In this document: positions 18,472-27,996 of the stretch, piece after piece | How the letters are laid out: each line of letters starts with the position of its first letter | How positions within the stretch are numbered: the first letter of the stretch is position 1 | NCBI GenBank assembly: GCA_947588355.1 | Contig: CANPYI010000001.1 | Span: forward strand, 13,771-77,770 | From: an uncultured Clostridia bacterium | GTDB lineage: Bacteria; Bacillota; Clostridia; Christensenellales; UBA1242 | Direction: 5' to 3' | Length of the DNA stretch: 64,000 bases | Notes under the pieces: generated by a model | Databases searched by the model: none | Told to the model about the DNA's origin: nothing | Seen by the model: the letters and a program-made list of their open reading frames with translations, nothing else | Made by a program: the position numbers and the translations under genes

Positions 18472-19443
18472 ATGGCAAAAATATTTGTTGTAGTTTTTTT
18501 GATTTTTGGCACTGTTGTCGGCTCAGGTTTTTCTAGTGGCAAAGAAATTATGGTGTTTTTCAGCCGTTTTGGTGAATTGTCATATCTTTTTATTGTGCTT
18601 GCATGTGTTTTGTTTTTTGGTCTTTTCAGTTTTTTTCTTCTTTGCGGAAAAAAACTTTTGTATGTTCTTCAAAAATATAAATTTTTAAATCTTGTTAATG
18701 CTTTTATTTGTATTGTTTTTTGTGCATCAATGTTTGCAGGGATAAAAAATCTGTTTTCCTATTTTCCTGCGTGGGGATATTTTATTGCAGTTACAATTCT
18801 TATTTTATGCACTATTTTTGTCACTTTGAGAGGAATTAAAGGACTTGAAAAAGTCAATTTTTTGCTTATGCCAATCACAAGTGTTTTGTTTTTGTTTGTA
18901 CTTTTTTTTGCAGTCACAAAAACTGCGACTGTGCCTTTGAATACTTCAAACGAATTGGCAGGTATTTTGTACAGCCCTCTTTATGTGGCACTGAACACTT
19001 GTATGAGCGGTATCGTCATTTGCAAAGCGGGTGACAGTTTGACAAAAAAGCAATGCTTATTTGCCAGCGCATTTGCCTCGTGCATGATTGGTGTTTTTTT
19101 GATTTTAGGAAATTTTGTTCTGCAAAAAAACGGCACTTCAATAATTAGTGAAATGCCGTTTTTGACTATTTCTGCTGAAAACAAATTTATGTTTAATCTG
19201 TCATATCTTGTCATTTTGATAGGTTGCTTTACAACCTTAATTTCGGAGTGTTTTACACTGAAAACTTCGATTGAACCTTTGACGAAAAACAACAAACTTT
19301 CCACACTTTTGGCTGTATTTGTGCCTTTTGCCATCAGCAGTTTAGGATTTTCTTGCATTGTTTCCTTTTTGTATCCTATTTGCAGTGTTTTAGGAATTTT
19401 TGTGCTTGTTTTGATGATTTTAAGTCAAGTGGCAAAAACATGA
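18472..19443 (+). CDS. YkvI-like multi-pass membrane protein (putative transporter)
   Basis: N-terminal IFGTVVGSGFSSGKEI resembles the YkvI-family GAGFASGQEI motif. About 9-10 predicted TM segments. Confidence 0.55.
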   Translation: MAKIFVVVFLIFGTVVGSGFSSGKEIMVFFSRFGELSYLFIVLACVLFFGLFSFFLLCGKKLLYVLQKYKFLNLVNAFICIVFCASMFAGIKNLFSYFPAWGYFIAVTILILCTIFVTLRGIKGLEKVNFLLMPITSVLFLFVLFFAVTKTATVPLNTSNELAGILYSPLYVALNTCMSGIVICKAGDSLTKKQCLFASAFASCMIGVFLILGNFVLQKNGTSIISEMPFLTISAENKFMFNLSYLVILIGCFTTLISECFTLKTSIEPLTKNNKLSTLLAVFVPFAISSLGFSCIVSFLYPICSVLGIFVLVLMILSQVAKT

Positions 19444-20274
19444 TTATGCTTTTGTTTTTGGATTGTATTTCTTTTCCAACAAACTGACAAAATAGTACAT
19501 TGCAAACGCCAAAATGCACAAAATCACTGTCGCTGCCATAACCAAATCTATTTTGAATATTTGCCCGCCATATACAATCAAGTAGCCAAGCCCGGCTTTG
19601 CTTGTCAAATATTCTCCCATAATGCTTCCGACCCAACTCATGCCAACGTTTATCTTTAAAACGGAAACAAATTCTGGCATTGCGCTTGGCAAAACAAGTT
19701 TGAAAAATATTTGGAATTTGTTGGCGTTCATGGATTTTAGTAGCAAAATTTTGCCTTCTTCGACCGACAAAAAAGCCGAGAGCATGCTCATTGTAGTTAT
19801 GACTATGCAAATAAGAACGCACATCATGATTATGGCATTTGTGCCTGCACCGACCCACAAAATTATTATTGGCCCGAGTGCGATTTTAGGTAATGAATTC
19901 AGCACAACGATATAAGGCTCAAACACTTTTCTAACTTTTTCATTCCACCACAAAAGCACGGCAATAATGTATCCAAGAACTGTGGCAATAGCAAAGCCTA
20001 TCAATGTTTCATACAAAGTTACCCAAGTGTGATTTAAAAGTGTTCCGTCTTTTGCAAGAGCGACAATTTGTGACATTATTCGTGATGGAGAACTGATAAA
20101 GAAGGGGTCAATTACGTTGGTTGCGGTCAAAAGTTCCCATAGACCGATAAAGGCGACCAGCAAAAATATTCGGAAAAAAATAATTAAAAATTTGTCACGT
20201 CTTAATCTTTTTACATATGCAATATGAGATTTTGAAAAAGTTTTTTCGGTAATTTTATTTTTCTTTGGTTTCAT
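19444..20274 (-). CDS. ABC transporter permease (NitT/TauT-like)
   Basis: Six-TM BPD-type permease with an EAA-like loop (SMLSAFLSVEEGKILLLKSMNA). Start set at MKPKKNK, overlapping the ATPase stop. Confidence 0.75.
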   Translation of the reverse strand: MKPKKNKITEKTFSKSHIAYVKRLRRDKFLIIFFRIFLLVAFIGLWELLTATNVIDPFFISSPSRIMSQIVALAKDGTLLNHTWVTLYETLIGFAIATVLGYIIAVLLWWNEKVRKVFEPYIVVLNSLPKIALGPIIILWVGAGTNAIIMMCVLICIVITTMSMLSAFLSVEEGKILLLKSMNANKFQIFFKLVLPSAMPEFVSVLKINVGMSWVGSIMGEYLTSKAGLGYLIVYGGQIFKIDLVMAATVILCILAFAMYYFVSLLEKKYNPKTKA

Positions 20275-21028
20275 CGTTGATAAGTTGCCTCCATAAGTGG
20301 TCAAAAAGTTCGCCAGATTGTTGATTTTCGCGGCGTTTTAAAGGCGTTTTGCCAGGAAGATTTATTGGCAAAATTTCTTTCACCGTTGCCGGACGACCAG
20401 AAAGCACAACTATTTTGTCAGACATTGAAAGTGCCTCAGATATATCGTGCGTGACAAGTATGGCGGTCTTTTTTTCACTTTTTATTATTGAATGCACATC
20501 ATCGCAAAGTGTCAGGCGTGTTTGATAATCAAGTGCCGAAAAAGGCTCGTCAAGCAAAAGAAGTTTTGGTTCCAAAGCCAAAGTGCGAATGAGTGCCACT
20601 CTTTGACGCATTCCGCCAGAAAGTGAACGTGGCTTTTGATCCTTGAATGAAAAAAGGTCATATTTTTTTAAGAGTTCTTCTGCTAAAGCCAACTTTTCGT
20701 CTATGTTTTTTGGTTTTTGGATTTCCAAGCCAAGAGTGATATTTTTCCATACACTTCGCCACTCAAAAAGAAAGTCTTTTTGAAACATATAGCCAATTTT
20801 TTTGCTGTCTATCTGCTTTTCGCCGTCAAGTGTAATTTCACCAGAGGAGGGTTTCAAAAGTCCGGCAGCAAGCGAGAGTATGGTTGTTTTTCCACAGCCG
20901 CTTGGACCAATGATGGACATAAAAGATTGCTCCGATGTGTCAAATGTTACGTTGTTTAGTGCAAAAATTTCATCATTTTTTGTTTGATAAAAATAATTGA
21001 CATTTTTGAAAGATAATAAGTTTCCCAT
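20255..21028 (-). CDS. ABC transporter ATP-binding protein (NitT/TauT-like)
   Basis: Walker A GPSGCGKTT, signature LSGGMRQRV, Walker B LLLLDEPFSALD. Confidence 0.85.
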   Translation of the reverse strand: MGNLLSFKNVNYFYQTKNDEIFALNNVTFDTSEQSFMSIIGPSGCGKTTILSLAAGLLKPSSGEITLDGEKQIDSKKIGYMFQKDFLFEWRSVWKNITLGLEIQKPKNIDEKLALAEELLKKYDLFSFKDQKPRSLSGGMRQRVALIRTLALEPKLLLLDEPFSALDYQTRLTLCDDVHSIIKSEKKTAILVTHDISEALSMSDKIVVLSGRPATVKEILPINLPGKTPLKRRENQQSGELFDHLWRQLINDETKEK

Positions 21029-21100
21029 AGTAAGTCCTCTTACAATAACATCTTATTTTTGCTGACAATTTTTGTTAATTTAAATTTTTGACACAAAACC

Positions 21101-21129
21101 TTGCATAGCATTTTTTCTTGTTTTATCAT
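21101..21129 (+). promoter_or_regulatory. Possible promoter of the terS-like/portal operon
   Basis: TTGCAT, 17 nt spacer, TATCAT. Lies about 30 nt upstream of the TTG start at 21160. Confidence 0.35.
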
Positions 21130-21159
21130 TTCGCAAAGTCAATCAAAAGGAGTTTAAAG

Positions 21160-21450
21160 TTGGACGAACAAGAAATTTTGCATGCTCTTGAAAAGAAAGC
21201 GCTTGGATTTTCTTTTGACGAAGTCGTGGAGGAGTACTGCCAAGACGAAAATGGCAAGCCTGTGCTTTCAAAACGCAAAATTACAAAAAAAATCAATCCT
21301 CCAGATATTTCGGCTCTCAAATTTTTGCTTGAAAGAGAGCATTTGTCTGAGGACATGATTTCAAACATGTCTGACAAACAACTTTTGGAGGAGAAAAAAA
21401 GACTTTTAAAAATTTTAAAGGAGAATGAAGATGAAAATGGAAATTTGTAA
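21160..21450 (+). CDS. Terminase-small-subunit-like / HTH protein
   Basis: TTG start 7 nt after AAAGGAG. LEKKALGFSFDEVVEEY...KKINPPDISALKFLLERE resembles small terminase N-terminal regions. Sits directly upstream of the portal gene. Weak call. Confidence 0.35.
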   Translation: MDEQEILHALEKKALGFSFDEVVEEYCQDENGKPVLSKRKITKKINPPDISALKFLLEREHLSEDMISNMSDKQLLEEKKRLLKILKENEDENGNL

Positions 21451-21640
21451 ACATGACTTAAAGTGCAATTTCTATGGATGCAAAAATCTGGCAAAATATT
21501 CGTTTTCAATGAATGGCTTTCTTAAAAAAGACCTAGTGTTTTGTGAAGATTGCATGAAAGAAATGTACACACTTTTTGGTCAAGTGCTAGTTCCGAAACC
21601 AGTGGAATCGGTGTTTAAAGGGAGAAAGAAAAAAGAATGA
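21431..21640 (+). CDS. Small Cys-rich protein (about 69 aa)
   Basis: CKHDLKCNFYGC...FCEDC pattern suggests zinc binding. ATG lies 7 nt after AAGGAG. Overlaps both neighbouring genes. Confidence 0.4.
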   Translation: MKMEICKHDLKCNFYGCKNLAKYSFSMNGFLKKDLVFCEDCMKEMYTLFGQVLVPKPVESVFKGRKKKE

Positions 21641-23496
21641 AAAAAGAAAATAATCTTGTAAAAGAAACTTTGGAAGATTTTGAAAATCGTGTGCGCCAAA
21701 GAAAAAGTTTTGACAGCCAGTGGCAACTTAATATGAATTTTTATATGGGAAATCAGTTTGTTGAACTTGGCTACGGCGGAGCAGTCCGAGAACTTGACAA
21801 ACAATATTTCTGGCAAGAAAGAGAAGTTTTTAATCATATCGCGCCAATCATTGATGTCAGACTTTCAAAACTTTCCAAGATAAAACCTAAAATGCACATC
21901 ATGCCAGCCACAGATGACGAACATGATGTGTACACAGCAAAGGTTGGAAAGAAAATCCTTGATGTTGTTGAAAGCAAAATGAATATGCGAGCAAAGATAA
22001 ATCAAGCGACAAAATGGAGCGAAATTTGTGGCACAAGTTTTTACAAAATTTCTTGGAATTCAAACTTGGGTCAGGTGGTCGCACTCGAAGAAAATGGCAA
22101 GAAAATAATGTCGGGCGATGTGGAAGTTTCTGTTTGCAGTCCTTTTGAAATTTATCCAGATTCGTCAACACATGAAACTTTGGAGGATTGTCAAAGCATA
22201 ATTCATGCACGAGTTTATTCCGCTTCTCAGGTCAAACAAATGTATGGTGTTGACCTTCAAGGCAAGGATATCAATGTGTATTCTTTGGACGGAGTCTCTT
22301 CCTCTCTTGGCGGACTTGGTTACAACGGTCATGCTACGAAGTTGATCGAAACAACAAAACACGACAGCGTGCTTGTGCTTGAAAAATACGTAAAGCCATA
22401 TGATGAATTTCCAAATGGAAGACTTATTATAATTGCCGGCGACAAACTTGTTTTTGACGGAGAAATGCCTTATATAAACGGTGTTGATGGGAAAAGAGAA
22501 TTTCCATTTGTTCGTCAAATTTGCAATGAGGAAGTTGGAAACTTTTGGGGCGTTTCAATGATCACTCGTCTGATACCAATTCAGCGTGCATTCAATGCCG
22601 TGAAAAACAGAAAGCATGAGTACCTCAACAGGCTTACACTTGGCGTTCTTTCTGTCGAGGACGGAAGCGTGGATATTGACAATTTGGAAGAAGAAGGTTT
22701 GGCACCTGGCAAAATTTTAGTTTACCGTCAAGGCTCAAATGCACCAAAATTTTTGGGCGGCGAGCAAGTGCCTTCTGATTTTGACAAAGAAGAAGAACGC
22801 CTTTTGGACGAATTCCAAAAACTTTCTGGCACAAGTGAAGTTGGAAACATGGACAACATCTCCAATTCGATTTCGGGTGTGGCACTTGAACTTTTGATAG
22901 ATGAAAACGAAACACGTTTGATTTTCACGACCGACAGTATAAAATCTGCAATCAAAACTGTTGCAAAACATATCCTCAGACTTTACAAGCAGTTTGCCAG
23001 CCTTCCAAGACTTTTGAGAGTGGCTGGTGAAGATGGCGGCCTGGAGATAATGTACTTTAAAGACAGTGACATAACAAGCGATGATGTGCGATTTGACACC
23101 GACAATGACAACAACGACACAATTTCTCAAAGAAGAGATATGATTTTCAAACTATTGGACAAAGGATTGCTTTGCGATGAAAATGGACAAATTTCCAGTG
23201 CCATGAAAACAAAGATTTTGGAAAATATTGGCTTTGGTGTTTGGGATAATTCGATTGACCTTAACGAACTGCATATCAAAAATGCAGACCTTGAAAATAC
23301 ATGGCTATGTGAGGGGCAAAGTGTGAATGTGAAAGAAATAGATGATGACAATTTGCACATAAATCAACACACAGCCTTTATGCTTAAAAATTTGTATTCA
23401 AATAGTGATATTGACAAGAAAATTGAAAGTAAATTTTTGGAACATTTGAAACAACACAAACAATCTTATGAAAGAAAACACAACCAAAACGTTTAA
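21637..23496 (+). CDS. Phage portal protein
   Basis: 619 aa. N-terminal SFDSQWQLNMNFYMGNQ is typical of portal proteins. Size and position (before scaffold and capsid) fit. ATGA overlap with the upstream ORF. Confidence 0.7.
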   Translation: MKKENNLVKETLEDFENRVRQRKSFDSQWQLNMNFYMGNQFVELGYGGAVRELDKQYFWQEREVFNHIAPIIDVRLSKLSKIKPKMHIMPATDDEHDVYTAKVGKKILDVVESKMNMRAKINQATKWSEICGTSFYKISWNSNLGQVVALEENGKKIMSGDVEVSVCSPFEIYPDSSTHETLEDCQSIIHARVYSASQVKQMYGVDLQGKDINVYSLDGVSSSLGGLGYNGHATKLIETTKHDSVLVLEKYVKPYDEFPNGRLIIIAGDKLVFDGEMPYINGVDGKREFPFVRQICNEEVGNFWGVSMITRLIPIQRAFNAVKNRKHEYLNRLTLGVLSVEDGSVDIDNLEEEGLAPGKILVYRQGSNAPKFLGGEQVPSDFDKEEERLLDEFQKLSGTSEVGNMDNISNSISGVALELLIDENETRLIFTTDSIKSAIKTVAKHILRLYKQFASLPRLLRVAGEDGGLEIMYFKDSDITSDDVRFDTDNDNNDTISQRRDMIFKLLDKGLLCDENGQISSAMKTKILENIGFGVWDNSIDLNELHIKNADLENTWLCEGQSVNVKEIDDDNLHINQHTAFMLKNLYSNSDIDKKIESKFLEHLKQHKQSYERKHNQNV

Positions 23497-23507
23497 TGGA
23501 GGATAAA

Positions 23508-24131
23508 ATGGACGAAGAAAAATTATTTGAGGAACAACCACAAAACATCCAACCTTCCGTCGAAGAAGATGATTTGGGCTCCTCTTGTGAAGGGCAAGAA
23601 GATATTGAGGCTGAAAAAGTTGAAGCAGAAGGAGGCGTAACCCTTGGAAAATTTAAAAATACAGAAGAACTTTTGAAGGCCTACAACAATCTTCAAGCAC
23701 AATTCACAAAAAAAAGTCAAAAACTTGCCGAAGTTATGAAAGATAAAACGCCAGAGCCTGCCACATCTGAACAGGTTTTAAAAACGTTCCTTTCAAACAA
23801 TCAGGAAGCGGTTTTGTACGCCGACGAACTGAAATCCCGTGTAGGCGATTCGCAAAGTTGTGACGAAGGCGATTTCAGGCGTGCTTGGGCGGATATATTG
23901 TATGAAAAACTGTCCTCAAAGCATAAAGCCGAAGAACCTATTGTACAAAATTTTGTTAAAGATGACGAAATACAAGAAATGGTCATCAAAAACTACGTAA
24001 AACAACTGTCAGAGCAAAAAACACCTGTGGTTATATCTTCAAATTCTGGCGAAAGGTTGACAAGAACTGCCACAGCAAAGCCTGATTCTTTTGAAGACGC
24101 CAAACGTGTTGTGCTTGATATGTTTTCTTAA
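23508..24131 (+). CDS. Capsid scaffolding-like protein
   Basis: Acidic N terminus, then GKFKNTEELLKAYNNLQAQFTKKSQ, a common scaffold motif in Firmicutes phages. Start chosen 5 nt after GGAGG. Confidence 0.55.
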   Translation: MDEEKLFEEQPQNIQPSVEEDDLGSSCEGQEDIEAEKVEAEGGVTLGKFKNTEELLKAYNNLQAQFTKKSQKLAEVMKDKTPEPATSEQVLKTFLSNNQEAVLYADELKSRVGDSQSCDEGDFRRAWADILYEKLSSKHKAEEPIVQNFVKDDEIQEMVIKNYVKQLSEQKTPVVISSNSGERLTRTATAKPDSFEDAKRVVLDMFS

Positions 24132-24146
24132 AAAGGAGAATGAAAT

Positions 24147-25316
24147 ATGATTACATTACAAAGTGCAGAAAATGTGCTTAAAGACGTTTATCTTGGTGTT
24201 ATTGCTGACCAAATAAACACAAAAACAAACCCTTTGTTTTCTCGTATAAAAAGAAGTACAAGAAACATTGTTGGAAAGGAAGTTCGAGTTGTTGCACCTA
24301 TCGGAATCAACGGTGGCATTATGGCAGCAGCAGAAGATTCAGAACTTCCAACAGGAGTGGACACGCCATACATTTCGTTTGTTGCTCCACTTAAAAACCT
24401 TTATGGAAGATTTGAGATCAGTGACAAAGCAGTTCGCTGTTCTTCAAGTGACGTAAATTCATTTGTTAATCTTTTGCAAGATGGAATGGACAGTCTTCTT
24501 AAAGCAAGTATTTTCAATCTTTCAAGAATGATTTACGGTGATGGAAGCGGGCTTTTGACAAAAGTTACAGATGCAGAAGGCTTTAAAATTGACAATGCCG
24601 AAGCGGTTGCTCCGGGCATGTATGTTGATGTTTATGCAACAGGAACAGAATCTCCAAAAGCCAATGGCACAAAAGTGTATGTTGAAGCAGTTGACAAAGT
24701 CAACAAAACAATAAAGCTGACCGGAAGTGTTGAACTTGCAAAGGATGATGAAATTTATGTTCATGGTTCAAGAAAAAATGACATTATTGGTCTTAAAGGC
24801 ATTGTAAACAACAGCACTCTGTACGGAGTTGATAGACAGTCAAAACCTATTATGAACGCAACAAAGTACACTGCAAGTGGCACAGATGCATTTGATGAAG
24901 ATTATGTTCAAAAAATCATTGACGATTTGGAAATGAACGGAACAACTGTCAACTTTATAAACTGCTCTTATGCACTTAAAAGAGTTTATCAAAAATATTT
25001 GACATTGTACAACAAAAACATTGCTTACACAACTCTTGAAGATGGCATGAAAGTTCTTACACACTTTGGAACTCCAATTGTTCCTACAAACCATGTTGCA
25101 GATGGCGAAGCATATTTCCTTAATACTGATGATTTCACTTTCTTTGAACTTGGTGATTGGAAATGGCTTGAAGACGAGAGTGGCAGAATCTTGAAACAAC
25201 ATGCAAGCAAACCTGCCTACAGTGCAACACTTGTGAAATACACTGAACTTCTTTGTCAAAAACCATCTGGCGTTGGCTTTGTAAGCGGGCTTTCAACAAC
25301 AGTTAAAGAGGCATAA
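24147..25316 (+). CDS. Putative major capsid protein
   Basis: 389 aa, directly after the scaffold-like ORF, with a strong RBS (AAGGAG). N terminus resembles podovirus-type capsid proteins. The call is partly positional. Confidence 0.6.
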   Translation: MITLQSAENVLKDVYLGVIADQINTKTNPLFSRIKRSTRNIVGKEVRVVAPIGINGGIMAAAEDSELPTGVDTPYISFVAPLKNLYGRFEISDKAVRCSSSDVNSFVNLLQDGMDSLLKASIFNLSRMIYGDGSGLLTKVTDAEGFKIDNAEAVAPGMYVDVYATGTESPKANGTKVYVEAVDKVNKTIKLTGSVELAKDDEIYVHGSRKNDIIGLKGIVNNSTLYGVDRQSKPIMNATKYTASGTDAFDEDYVQKIIDDLEMNGTTVNFINCSYALKRVYQKYLTLYNKNIAYTTLEDGMKVLTHFGTPIVPTNHVADGEAYFLNTDDFTFFELGDWKWLEDESGRILKQHASKPAYSATLVKYTELLCQKPSGVGFVSGLSTTVKEA

Positions 25317-25320
25317 ATAT

Positions 25321-25641
25321 ATGAAACAGTCATTTGAGATCGAAAGCGATTGTCTGGATATCGTAGGTCGTATAAAAGCAATAGACAAAGATTATTTTGT
25401 TGTTTTTGACTTGCCAACAAAAATGTTTCAACTTCACAATCACGGACAAGGAAGGTGTACATACTGTCTTACTTTTCCGTTTGATTGCTTGGACGAGCGT
25501 GCAGTGGACTTTACTTTGAAAACTCGTGTGCAAAACAGTGATGCTCTTTTTGAAGAGATGGAAGCCGAAAATAAACGCTTGCAGCTGGCAAAAGCAAAAG
25601 AGATTTTGAATGACTTCAAGGAGAAACTTTATGACAGTTAA
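25321..25641 (+). CDS. Hypothetical protein (106 aa)
   Basis: Tightly packed after the capsid-sized gene. No motif recognised. Confidence 0.5.
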   Translation: MKQSFEIESDCLDIVGRIKAIDKDYFVVFDLPTKMFQLHNHGQGRCTYCLTFPFDCLDERAVDFTLKTRVQNSDALFEEMEAENKRLQLAKAKEILNDFKEKLYDS

Positions 25642-26188
25642 GGAAATTTTAAGTTTGGTTTGTGAATTTGTGGGTGAAAGGGAAATTGCAGAAAAATTTT
25701 CTACCGAGGGAGAACTTACGACTGCTGAAAAAGCAAAGGTTCAACTTATGACGCGGTGTTTCAATTTGGTCAATCAAGAGATTGCAAGTGATTACTTACC
25801 TTTTTTGATAAAAGAGGAGATTGATGTGCAAGATTCTGTGCTTAATTACTCCAATTTAAAGAAAAAGGTTGTACACATTTATGAGGTCAAAAACAGATTT
25901 GGAATGAATTTGAAATTCAGGTGCTTTCCAAATTATGTGCAAATTTTTGGACATGCAAAATCGATTGTATACAGTTATTTGCCAGAAGAACTTGACCTTG
26001 AGAATGAAGTTGATATGCCTTGCGCACTAAGTGCACGCGTTTATGCCTATGGCATTGCTAGTGAATATCTTTTGATTGACGGACTTTCAGATGATGCGGA
26101 AATTTGGGAAAACCGCTTTAAAGATAGCCTTTTTATGCTTTCAAGAAAACATGGCGAACATGTTTTGCCACGCAGAGGTTGGTTTTGA
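25631..26188 (+). CDS. Hypothetical protein (185 aa), possibly a head-completion or adaptor protein by position
   Basis: ATG lies 7 nt after AAGGAG. Overlaps the upstream stop by 11 nt. No motif recognised. Confidence 0.45.
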   Translation: MTVKEILSLVCEFVGEREIAEKFSTEGELTTAEKAKVQLMTRCFNLVNQEIASDYLPFLIKEEIDVQDSVLNYSNLKKKVVHIYEVKNRFGMNLKFRCFPNYVQIFGHAKSIVYSYLPEELDLENEVDMPCALSARVYAYGIASEYLLIDGLSDDAEIWENRFKDSLFMLSRKHGEHVLPRRGWF

Positions 26189-27678
26189 TTTTTTATAAAA
26201 ACAAAAAAAAGTACAAGCCCGTTGAACAAAAAAATTTGATTTTTTCTGTTTTTGAAAATGGGCTTGTGTCCAACAAAGATGATTCGGTGGCCTCTCCAAC
26301 TCAGTGCAAAACATTCTACAATCTTTCGTTCACAGATGGAGCACTGAAAACGGGACTTGGATTTAAAGATTTTCAAGTGCCGTCTTCGATAGATGACCTT
26401 AAAAACTGCCATAGTTATAATTTTGCAGAATGCATAGATGAAATTGATGGCATTTGGCTGGACAGATTCTTTTCCGATAGCATTGAAGCATATTATTATC
26501 AATTGCTTTTGATGGACTCGAAATTTAATGTCTGGTGTGTGCCTTTGATTGACGATGATGACGGATTTATATTAAAGAAAAGTCAAAGAGTGAAAAGTTT
26601 TCCAACTTATCAGTGTGCTTACAGAATAGATAACAAGGATTGCTGTCTGTTTTTCACGGAGCAGGGCATGATCTTTTTGACAGGATATTCAGAAGGATCA
26701 TATCCTGATGTTCCGCCAATCATCTCTTGTGTTGTGCATTATGACAACTTTTTTGGTGTGACAAACACAAACCGAAACACACTAATTTACACCACAAATT
26801 TAAACTTGAAAGAGTGGTCAGAAAGTGACAGATCTACAATAGAATTTTTGGATAATCGTGGCTCTTTCAATAAATTGGTGGGCTTTAACGATTATGTATA
26901 TTTATTCAGAGAATATGGTATTACAAGAATTTCTTTGTACACTTCTTCAAAAGATTTTGCTTTTACACATCTTTTCACTTCATCTTCAAAAATTTTTGAA
27001 AATTCTGTATGCGTTTGCGACGATCAAATTTTGTTTGTAACGCGTGATGGCCTTTTCAGTTTCAACGGAAATTCTGTCACAAAGGTGGCAAAAAATCTTG
27101 ATAAATTTTTGAAAAAACTTGACAACGCCAATTGCACTTGTGCTTGCCTTGACGGAAAATACTATCTTGCCACATATTGTGATTTTGATGATGGAGAAAA
27201 AATTGGTTGTGAAAATGAACAATGTGTCAACAATGTGCTTTTTGAGATTGACATTCATGATTTCACCTTCAATATGATTCGGGGTGTTGATATAAAAAAA
27301 GTTTTGACAATCGATACACCTTTCATGAACAAACTTTTGGCTTGCTTTAATGGGCAAAACAAGCAGAGGGTGGGCGAACTTGACCATTCTGGCTCTGTTT
27401 TTGAAAGTAAAAATAAAAAAAGTTGGAGTTCTTTTCAAACTGACTTTGGTTTTACCGGAAAGGTGAAGAAAATCAAAGAGATTGTTTTAACAACCTTATA
27501 CGATCTTTCTGTTGAAATAAAAAGTGACATTGAAAGCACTATTTTAAAATTTTCTGGCAGCAAAACTGAACAACGTATGCGATTAAACGTAAAAGGAAAA
27601 GTTTTTCAAATAAATTTCACTACCTCAGAAAGTTGTGATGTAAAAAAGCCGATGATTGTCTTTGATGTTGAAAAATGA
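26185..27678 (+). CDS. Hypothetical protein (about 497 aa), candidate structural or tail protein by position
   Basis: Long ORF with no in-frame ATG near the 5' end. TTG 26185 lies 6 nt after AGAGG and overlaps the upstream TGA. Repetitive beta-rich-looking segments. Confidence 0.45.
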   Translation: MIFYKNKKKYKPVEQKNLIFSVFENGLVSNKDDSVASPTQCKTFYNLSFTDGALKTGLGFKDFQVPSSIDDLKNCHSYNFAECIDEIDGIWLDRFFSDSIEAYYYQLLLMDSKFNVWCVPLIDDDDGFILKKSQRVKSFPTYQCAYRIDNKDCCLFFTEQGMIFLTGYSEGSYPDVPPIISCVVHYDNFFGVTNTNRNTLIYTTNLNLKEWSESDRSTIEFLDNRGSFNKLVGFNDYVYLFREYGITRISLYTSSKDFAFTHLFTSSSKIFENSVCVCDDQILFVTRDGLFSFNGNSVTKVAKNLDKFLKKLDNANCTCACLDGKYYLATYCDFDDGEKIGCENEQCVNNVLFEIDIHDFTFNMIRGVDIKKVLTIDTPFMNKLLACFNGQNKQRVGELDHSGSVFESKNKKSWSSFQTDFGFTGKVKKIKEIVLTTLYDLSVEIKSDIESTILKFSGSKTEQRMRLNVKGKVFQINFTTSESCDVKKPMIVFDVEK

Positions 27679-27777
27679 AAATCAAATTTGTTGATTTGAT
27701 ATGTTTTTGCAAAAAGTTGTCTTATTTGAAAAAGAGTGACTTAAAGGCAATTAAAAAACTTTTTTGTGAGGATTGCG

Positions 27778-27996
27778 ATGGAAATTTGGAATGAAATTGT
27801 CAGCATTGTTGTCAGCAATGGTGTGTTTGCAATTTTGTTTGTTTGGCTGTTTTTGTATATGTTGAAAGACAGCAGAAACAGAGAAACAAAATATCAGCAA
27901 ACAATAGAGCAGTTGACAACTCACTTGCAAACTTTGGAAGAGGTGAAAGATGATTTGACTGAAATCAAAGGTTTGCTTAAAGGGGACGACAAATGA
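27778..27996 (+). CDS. BhlA/UviB-family holin-like peptide
   Basis: MEIWNEIVSIVVSNGVFAILFVWLFLYMLKDSRNRETKY... closely follows the BhlA pattern: one TM segment, a K-S/D-R-E-K segment, then a coiled C terminus. Confidence 0.75.
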   Translation: MEIWNEIVSIVVSNGVFAILFVWLFLYMLKDSRNRETKYQQTIEQLTTHLQTLEEVKDDLTEIKGLLKGDDK

